Positions 50,944 to 60,000 of a DNA stretch of 60,000 nucleotides are shown here, piece by piece. Both the position numbers and the translations under genes were made by a program. The notes beneath the pieces are model-generated. The model was not told the DNA's origin. It searched no databases and saw nothing but the letters and a program-made list of their open reading frames with translations. Source of the stretch: Vicugna vicugna (Eukaryota); assembly GCA_013265495.1 (NCBI GenBank), contig MU057719.1:374001-434000 (forward strand), read 5' to 3'. Position 1 is the first letter of the stretch; the number at the start of each line of letters is the position of its first letter.

Positions 50944-52945
50944 TTTTTTCTTTTTAAATTAATATATAATAAAATTGAAATGGGGGGGGCTCTACAGTTC
51001 TGTGAGTTTTATACACACAGTAGATTTGTGTCACTGCCACCATAATCAGGACTGTCGAATTCCAAACCTCCAAATTCCCTCCCCCTGCCACTTTGCAGTT
51101 GGATCCTCCCCTGTCCCTGATCCCTGGCGATGTGCGCCACATCCTTACAGTTTTGTCTCTTCCAGAAATGGAATTAGGCAGCAAATAACTAACCTTTGAG
51201 GCTGACATCTTTCACTCCACGAGGCATCCAGGCTGCTGCTGTGTGGTTTGTTCTTTTTCGTTAGCGAGTAATGTTCCATTGCACAGATGGACTGCTGTTT
51301 GTTTAACTGTTTACTCACTGAAGGACATTTGGGTTGTTTCCCGTTTTGGGGGGATCGTGAATAGAGCTGCTGCAAGCATTCAGATAGAGGTTTTCGTGTG
51401 AAGATGAACGTGTGTTTCTCTTGAGTCAGTACACGGGAGTGGGATGGCTGGATCATTTGGTAAGTATGTGTTTAACTTTTATGAAACCCCAAAACTGTTC
51501 CCAGGGTACCTGTACCATTTTTCGCTCCCACCGGCAGTGTGGATCTCCACTGGTTCTGCATCTCACCAGAGCTTGGTATGGTCAGCGTTTCAGGGTTTTA
51601 TCCCAATTCTATTAGATGTGTAGTAAAGTCTCCCCGTGGGATTTTTGCCAACAGATTTTTATTGTAAAATATACATAACATAAAGTTTACCATTTCAACC
51701 ATTTTTAGGTGTACAGTTGACCCTTGAACGGTCTGAGGGTTACGGGTGCCAACCCATCCACACAGTCAGAAATCTGCATATGACTTTTAATTGGTTCTCC
51801 ACGTACTTGGTTCCCTCGTACACGCGGTTCCTCTGTATCCAGGATTCTGTGTCTGTGGATCCTAGGATGCTGCAGTGTTTACTATTGAGAAAACTGCACA
51901 TTTAAGTGGAGACATGCAGTCTAAACACATTCAGTAACATGTGCAACCATCAGCACTATCCATTTTCAGAACTTTTTCATCAACTCATTCATCATTGACT
52001 CTGCATCTGTTAAAAAAAAACTCCCTACTCCCACCCCACCCTCCCAGCCCAGCCCCCAGTAATCTCTATTACACTTTCTGTCTCTCTGGATTGGCCCATT
52101 CTAGGTACTTCTTATCACTGGAATCATGTAAGACATCACATGTCCTTTTGAGCCTGGTGTACTAGCATAATGTCTTTGAGGTCTGCCCACATTGTAGCAT
52201 GTGTCAGTACACTGTTCCTTTTCATGGCTGAGTAATATTCCATTGTATGTGTGCACCACAGTTTTCAGCCCACTCATCTACTGACAGACACCTGGGTTGT
52301 TTCTGTCTTCTGGCTGTTGTGAATTGTGCTGCTATAAACATGATTGTGCAAATACCTGTTTGAGTCCCTGCCTCCAGCTCGGTGGGGTATCTCACTGTGG
52401 TTTTAGTTTGCATGGTTAATGATGTATTTATTTTTCACCTGTATATCTTCTTTGGTGAACTGTCTGTTTAAATATTTTGCTTATTTTTAAATTTGGGTTG
52501 TTTATGTTCTTATTTTTGAGTAAGGAGAGTTATTTTGGTTTGATGGATACGTTCCTCCGTAGGATGTGTAATTAACAAATATTTTCTCCCAGTCTGTACT
52601 TGTCTTCATTCTCTTAGCAGCATCTTTCACAAAATAAATGTTTTTCTTTTTAAATGAAGTCCGATTTACCACATTTTTTTACTTTTATGACTTGTGTTTG
52701 CAATTTCATATCTAACAACTCTACCTAGTCCAGGCCACAAACATTTTCTTCTAGAAGAGTTATAATGTTACATTTTACATGTAGACCTGTGATACAGATT
52801 GAGTTAAATTTTGTATTAAGTGTGAGGTATAGGTATATTTTTATGCAATAAATGTACAGTTCTCCCAACACCATTTGTTGAAAAGACTATCCTTTCTCTA
52901 TTGAATTGCCCCTGCACTTCTGTCAAAAATCAGTTGGAAGATATT
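50944..52945 (-). mobile_element. Nested old L1 (L1MB/L1MC-like) 3'-end and ORF2 fragments
   Basis: GAAGGACATTTGGGTTGTTTCC, CCCAGCCCCCAGTAATCTCTATT, GGCTGAGTAATATTCCATTGTATG, CAACACCATTTGTTGAAAAGACTATCC. Confidence 0.85.
51714..51927. mobile_element. Tigger2/MER8-family TcMar MITE inserted into an L1 3' end
   Basis: TA followed by TIR CAGTTGACCCTTGAAC...GGGTTACGGGTGCCAACCC...CAGTCAGAAATCTGCATATGACTTTT; the other end ends in CATTTAAGTGGAGACATGCAGTCTAAAC (TIR truncated). Confidence 0.7.
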
Positions 52946-52949
52946 TGCT

Positions 52950-53760
52950 TTAGATCTAAATACACAGATAGATTGAAAATGAAAGGATGGAAAAGATAGT
53001 TCATGCAAGTAGCAATGAAAAGAGAGCAGGGGTGGCTATGCTAATATCAGACAAAATAGACTTTAACTTAAAACCTGCTAAAAGATACAAAGAAAGGCAT
53101 TACATACTGATAAAAGGATCAATTCACCAAGATATTACAGTTATAAACATATATGAACCAAACATCGTGCTTTTGTATAAACTATAAACCAATTGTACCC
53201 AACGGAGACACATACAGAACTCTCGACAGCTGCAGAATACACACCCTCTCAAGTGCTTATGGAATAGTCTCCAACATAGACCACATGTTAGGCCACAAAA
53301 CAAGCTCTGAATGATCATAAAGATTGAAATCATAGTGTCTTTTCCCATCACAATGGAATGAAACCAGAAACCAACAGCAGAAGGAAAATGGGGAAAAATT
53401 TTAAGTACGTGGAATTTAAATAGCACTCTATTTAACAACAAATGGGTCAAAGAAGAAATCACAAGGGAAGTTAGAAACTATCTTGAGACAAATGGAAACA
53501 AAAACACAGCATGCCAAACTTAAAGGATGCAGTGAATGCAGTGCTGAGAAGAAAATGTAAGCTGTAAAGACATTTTTTTAAAGGACTTAAAATCAACAAT
53601 CTACCTTTACACTTTAAGGAACTAGAAAAAGAAGAACTAAATCCAAAATCCAGCAGAAGGAAGAAAACAATACAAAGACTAGAACAGAAATCAATAAAAT
53701 AAGGAATACAAAAACAAATTTAAAAAAATCAATGAAACCAAAACTTGTTCTTTGAAAAGA
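52950..53760 (+). mobile_element. L1 ORF2 endonuclease-domain fragment (sense)
   Basis: ORF 52987..53187 EKIVHASSNEKRAGVAMLISDKIDFN...HYILIKGSIHQDITVINIYEPN is the L1 APE endonuclease. Confidence 0.9.
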
Positions 53761-53769
53761 TGCCCCCCA

Positions 53770-55720
53770 CCCCTTTTCTTTTGCCTTATTGTAAGAAATG
53801 TCCAGTGTCGTGTTGGAAACTGAGAGTGGACTACTTTACTTTATTCCTGATCTTAGGGGGAGAGCATCATCTTTGACCATTCAGTATGAAATTGACCATA
53901 GGTTTTTTTGTAGATGCCCTTAAGGTTAAGGAACTTTCATTCTATTCCTAGTTTTCAAGGTTTTTGTCATGAATTGGTCTTGAATTTTTGTCAAATGCTT
54001 TTTCTGAGTCAAATGATATGATGATGTGACTTTTCTTCTTTAGTCTGTCAATATGCTGAGTTACATTCACTGATATTCAAGTGTTAAACCAGCCTTGCAT
54101 TCCTGGAATGAATCTCATTTGGTGATGATGTGTTATTCTTTTTATGTATCTCTGGAATTGATTTGCTAATATTGTGTTGAGGATTTTTGCACATATGTTC
54201 ACGAGGGATATATGTCTATAGTTTTCCTTTCTTGAATTGTCTTTGTCAGGATCCTATCAGATTAATGCTGACCTCATAACCTGAGTTAGAATGTCTTCCT
54301 CTTCTAATTTCTGGAAGAGACGATGTAGAATTGGTGTTACTTCATTTTTAAAAATCTGAATAGAGTCTCTAGTGAAACTATCTGGGCCTAGATTATTTTC
54401 TTCTTCATAAAATTTTAAACTGAAAATTCTATTTCTTCAATAGCTATGAGACTGTTCATGTTATCTGTTTCTTCTTGAGTGAGTTTGGGTGAAACTCTGC
54501 TCTTCAGGGAACTTGTTCATTTCATCGTAGTCACTGAATTTATGTGCATAGGGCTGTTCATGGTATTCTCTTATTATCTCTTTAGTGCGGAGGTGGGTGT
54601 CTGTAGTGATATCTTCCCTTTCATTTCTGATAGTGGTAAATTGTGCTTTCTCTCTGTTTTGTCAGTCTGGCTACAGTGTTACTAATTTTATTGATTTCTT
54701 GAAAGAGCCAGCTCTTGGTTTCATTGATCTTCTCTACTGTTTTGTTTTCAATTTTACTAATTTCTGCTTTTATTATTTCTTCCCTTCTGCTTGCTTTGTT
54801 TTTATCTTACTCTTCCTTTTCTAGTTAAAGGAGGAAGCTTATATTATTTATCTAATACCATTCTTCTGTACTAATACAAGCACATAATGCTATGAAGACT
54901 CCCCCTCTAGGGCATGCTTTAGCTGCACTCCACAAATTTTTATATGTTTTCATTTGCATGACATCTAAAATATGTTATAAATTCCCTTGAGACTTCTTCT
55001 TTGACTCATAGGGGTTTTAGAACTGTGTTGTTTAATTTCTTATTTGGAGGTTTTCTTACATGTGTGTTAGATATCACTAATTTGATTCTGTTACAGTCAG
55101 AGAACATACTTTGCATGATTTCAATGTTTTTAAATGTTTCAAGGTTTGGTTTAATGATCCACAATATAATCTATATTGAGACTATTTCATAGACATTTTA
55201 GAAAAAAATGTATATTCAACTGTTGTTGAGTGAAATGTCCTGTAACTACCAATCGGGTCAAGTTGATTGAAGGTATTTTTCATTTTCTGATTTCCTTTCT
55301 TATTTCTTGCCAATCTTTTCTTGTCAGTTACTGAGAGAGGAATGTTGACATCTCCAACTATAATCATGGTTTTGTCCATTTTTTTCCTTCAGCTTTATTA
55401 ATTTTTTGCATCATGTACTTTAAAGCTCTGTTGTTCTGTGCATAGACCTTGAGGATTATTATGTCTTCTTGGTGAATTGGCATGTTAATCATTATGTAAC
55501 GTTCCTCTTTGTCCCTAGTCATTTTTGTTGCTCTGAAGCCTACTTTGTTTGATACTAATTTAGCTACTCCAGCTTTCTTGATTAGTGTTTGTGTAGTATA
55601 TTATTTTCTATACTTTGATTTTTACCCACTTGCATCATATTTGAAGTAGGTTTGTAATAGACAGCCTAGAGTTGGATCCTGGATTCTAATCTATTTTGAC
55701 TATTTAGCTTTGTTCTTCTC
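53770..55720 (-). mobile_element. Old L1 ORF2 (RT to endonuclease) fragment
   Basis: ORF 55182..55379 DKTMIIVGDVNIPLSVTDK...NQLDPIGSYRTFHSTTVEYTFFS; antisense RT motifs at 53990-54110. Confidence 0.88.
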
Positions 55721-57469
55721 TGACACTGCCTTAGCAGTGTGGACAGGTGTCGGGGGTGGGGGCGGTTAGGTGTCCCAGTACAGCCTGGAGAGGGTAGAAG
55801 TCATCTGCCTCCCCACTCAGCCTTTGCTGACCTGGGTGGGCTGGTGCCACAGTGCTTTCTGTGGTGTCGGGCTACAGAAGAGTCACTACTGTCTAAAAGT
55901 TCTCTGTCTTGCTAGGCTGCCCTTTTTGTGATCCTTTGGCTCAGGAGAGCAGACTTTGTGTCTGTGACCATTGTTTGTTTCCAGGTTGCTAGCTTTTCAA
56001 CAGTAAGTGGCAAAAGGAAAACCCAAAGAACTCACTACCGTGGCATTCCTTGAGCCCTGGGATCTCCAGCTGCCTTCTCTCCACTTTTCAGACTCTTCTT
56101 CTATTTTGTATGTAGTGTTTAGGGTTCTTAGTTGTACTTAGCAGGACGAACAGAGAAGTGTGTCTCTATTCAATCTTCCCAGAAGCAGAAGCCATTTGAA
56201 CTTGATAAGTACCAACAAGCAGCCCTCCAAACATAAGAATCTCTTATTTTCTTGCATCCTCTGATGGCTTGGGAGCTGCCCATCCTATTGCTATTATGTT
56301 AGGGGTTCCCCTTGACATTTTAAAGTCCTACTTCTTCGAAGATGAAACTGTCCCTCTTCCGTTTACCCAAGTGTGGAAAGAACACAGAATGTTGTGCTCT
56401 CATCCCCACCCACTCCCAGCCCATCTCTCTTGTTAGAGGAGTTGGGTTAACATCTGCTTCCAGGGATAGAAGCCCAGAGTGGCACACTGTAAACAGCTTT
56501 ACTTCTCCCCCGTGGAAACAGAGATCGAGGCGAAGTGGCCATGGCTGGCTGGGTGGGGGTTCCTGCAGATGGCGGCGCAAGGGCAACATGTGGCTTCTAC
56601 TCACGTCCAAAGTGGCACCACCTGGGTCCATTTTGGCAGCCCTGGGAGGAGGAGGGCGGCAGCGCTGTTCTGGAAGGGGCGCTCTCCTAGTCTACTCTTG
56701 TCCAGCTGACCACTCCCAGCTACCGGGGAGGCTGAGAATTGCAGTCTTCATGTGGGGAGGCCTTGTGCCCAGCACGAATGAGGGGCTTGATGCCCAAGGA
56801 AGGGGAAGCCTGGACATTTGAGGTTAATCTACGGCCTGCCCTATAGACAGTCCGTGCTCAGCAGTGGACACCTGCAAGTTGTCTGATTTCCCTGCTTGCC
56901 GTCCTTTGTAGTAGCTCTCAGTTCTTCTGGGTTCAATGTCCTCTCATCAGAGTGTAAATTTTAGTGGTCCTCTGAGCAAGGTCTGTTTGTGCCAAGGGCT
57001 CACATGTTAGTCTTCACAAGTATATCAGTGGCAGAAAATTTGGAGTTGACAGCTGGTTCTCTCAGCACCGTTATCCAGTGTCTTCCAGAACCGCTGCTGA
57101 GAGCCCTGCTCTATTCGGCTGCCGTTCCTTTGTAGGTGACACGCCCCCTTACACTGGTTGTTGTCTCTTTTATTTAACTTCCCTCCAGACCCGCACCCTC
57201 CTCCTCCTCACCAAAGGTAACCTCTCTGGGGCCCCACTGCTTCTGAAGAGCCATGTTTCAGACTAGAGGCATCTCCCAAGGGTGAAGCCATCTCCTTCCC
57301 TTCCTGACTTCTCCCGGTCAACCAGCCATCAAAATGAGGGTCAGCCAGGAGCTTGTAAATATTTTTATTATTGAGGTTAAATCCACATAACATAAAATTT
57401 ACCATTTTAACCACATCTGTAGACGAAGACCCAGGTGCTATGAGCCCCCCAGATAGAGAGGGCAGACTG

Positions 57470-60000
57470 TACTGATTTAATCTCTTTACTCATCATAGAT
57501 ATCAGATTTTGTGTTTCTTCTCACATCAGTTTTGGCAGTTCATGTGTTCCCGAAAATTTGTCCATTTCATCCAGGTAATTTAACTTGTTGGCATACAAGT
57601 GTTCATAGTGTTCCCTTACAGTCTTTTTTATTTCTGTAAGGTCAATAGCAACACCCACTCTCATTCCTGATTCTAGTCATGTGAGACGTCTCTTTTTCCC
57701 TAGATCAACCTGGCTAAAGACACGTCAATTTGTTGTTGTTTTCAAAAGCCAATTTTTAGTTGAATTATTCTTTCTATTGTTTTCCCATTTACTTTATTTA
57801 TCTCTGCTGTCTTCTTTATTATTTTCTTCCTTTTGCTTTAAGTTTACTCCTTTTCTAATTTCTTTAGGTAGAAGTTTAGGTTTGACTTGAGATATTTCCT
57901 CTTTTTTTATAGCTATAAATTTCTCTCTGAGCACAGCTTTTGCTTCACCCCATAAGTTTTGGTATGTTTGGATTTTTTTTTTCATTTGTTTAATATTTTC
58001 TAATTTCCCTGTGATTTCTTCTTTGACCCATTGGTTGTGTAAGAGTATGTTCTCTGATTTCCTCATATTTGTAAATTTTCCAATTTTCTTTCTGTCATCG
58101 ATTTTTTTGCTTTATTCCATTGTGGCCGGAGGAGATATTTCATCTGACTTTAATCTTCTAGAGTTAGAGAGACTTGTTTTGTGGCCTAAGATATAGTCTA
58201 TCCTGGAGAATATTCCACATACACTTGAGAAGACTCTGTATTCTGCTGTTGCTGGGTAGAGTGAGCTATATCTGTCCAATAGGTCTAGTTGGTTTACATT
58301 GTTATTCAAATCATCTGTTGCCTTGATGATCCTCTATCTCATTATACTATCCATTATCACAAGTTTAGTGTTGGAGTCTCCAACTACTATTGTTGAACTG
58401 TTATTTCTCCCTTTGGTGCTGTTAGATTTTGCTTCATGTGTTTTGGGGCTCTGTTATTATGTGCATACGTGTTTATTATCATTATGTGTTCTTGATCCAT
58501 TAGGCCCTTATCATTATAGAATGTGTTTGTCTCTTGTAACAGATTCTGTCTGGTATCAGTATAGCCACTCCAACTCTCTTTCAGTTACTGTTTAAATTAA
58601 GTTTCTTGTCCTATTCTTTTACTTTTAACTTATTCGTTTCTTTGGTTCTTGTAGACAGCATATGGTTGGATTATGTTCTTTTTGTTTTCTTTGATCCATT
58701 CTAGTCAATCACTGCTTTTTAACCCATTTACATTTAATGTAGCTACTTATACAGAAGCACTTACTTCTATCATTTTGCAATTTATTTTTCTATATGTCTT
58801 ATATTTTTTCTGTTGCTCCGTTCTTCCACTACTGTCTTCTTTTGCGTTAGATAGATATTTGCTACTGTACCATGTTCTTCCATATATACATATATATTTT
58901 TTAGTTAGTTATTTTTCCTTTTTGGTTGCCCTGGTGATTACGATTAACACCTTAATTTATAACATACTACTTTGGATTAGTTTCAATACTATACAAAAAC
59001 CTTGCTCCTATATTGGGCCATCGGTCCCTCATGTTGTTACTGTTACAAATTACATCTTTATACATTGTATGCCTATTGGCATAGATTTATAATTATTGTT
59101 TCATATAGTTGTCTTTTAAATCCTATGGAGGAAATAGAGGTGTTACTAACCAAAAACATATTAGTGCTGACTTTTATACTTACCTATGTTGTTACGTTTA
59201 CTGTCCTTTATTTCTTCAAGTGGATGCAAGTTACTGCATAATGTCCATTCATGTCAGGCTGAAGGACTCCATTTAGCAATTCTCACAGGGCAGGTCTACT
59301 GGCAACAAAACTCCGTTTTTTAATTTTTATTTCTGGGAATATTTTTATTTCTCCTTCTGTTTTGAAAGATAGTTTTGCCAGTTATAGAACTCTTGGTTGA
59401 CAGGGGTTTTTTTTCCTTTAGCACTTTGAATATGTCATCCTGCCACTTTCTGGCCTCCATGGTTTCTGATGACAAAGAAGCTATTAATCTTACTGGGGAT
59501 CCCTCGTATCTGGTGAGTCACTTCTCTCTTTCTGCTTTCAGGGTGTTCTCTTTGTCTTTAGACATATTGATCATAATGTGGAGATCTCTGAGTTTTTACC
59601 ACCATGGATAAACTTTGTGAGCTTCTTGGATATGCAGACTCATGTTTTTCACCAAATTTGGGACCATTATTTTTAAAGATATTCTTTCTTCTCTATTGTC
59701 TCTCACCTTTTCTTCTGTGATTCCCATCCACAGGTCTCTTAGGCTCTGCCCATTTCTCTTTACTCTTTTTTCTTTCTGTTCCTTGGTTTGGATAATCTCA
59801 ATTGACTTATCTCTTATCATTCCTTCTGCTTGCTCAAATGTGCTGTAGAACCCCTCTAATGAGTTTTTAAATTTCAGTTGTTCAACTCACCTCCAGAGTT
59901 TCTCTTTGATTCCTTTTAATGATTCTTCTCCTTTCACTGCTAACCTCTACTTGGGGAGATATGTTACGTGATTCCCTCTAGCTCTTGAGCATTTTAACAG
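57470..60000 (-). mobile_element. Old L1 spanning the ORF2 N-terminus into ORF1
   Basis: 58112..58309 NQLDLLDRYSSLYPATAEYRVFSS...RIDYILGHKTSL (EN); 57794..58066 LHNQWVKEEI...YQNLWGEAKAVLREKFIA; 59596..59820 DKSIEIIQTKEQKEKRVKRNGQSLRDLW (ORF1). Confidence 0.88.

Noticed and set aside
50940..60000. Intact, active L1
   Set aside because: ORF1 and ORF2 remnants are short, frameshifted, stop-ridden and in mixed orientations.

Overview
Mammalian (very likely camelid, from the tRNA-derived SINE and L1 3'-end families) GC-rich genomic window syntenic with the human BRD3-WDR5-RNU6ATAC-RXRA interval. It contains (i) the WDR5 gene on the minus strand: CpG-island promoter and non-coding exon 1 near 42.5 kb, 13 coding exons between 39783 and ~25.7 kb, polyA signal at 24195-24200; (ii) an intact U6atac minor-spliceosome snRNA gene (21224-21348, +) with a TATA/PSE/DSE-type Pol III promoter, convergent with WDR5 and abutting a second NRF1/ETS-rich CpG island; (iii) SINEs, MLT1 LTRs, MER53/MER20/Tigger2-family DNA elements, two minisatellites and a 9-kb AT-rich L1 cluster at the right end. 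The two strongest anomalies are both in WDR5. The last exon breaks off after ...AALEND and runs in frame into the 3'UTR, so the conserved KTIKLWKSDC-stop is missing and a 76-aa tail takes its place; this is most likely an assembly error or a deletion allele. Intron 2 begins with a non-canonical, weak GC donor (AAG|GCGCGT). I found no convincing evidence of a wholly new biological system. Nearly all long ORFs in the supplied track are GC-rich noise.
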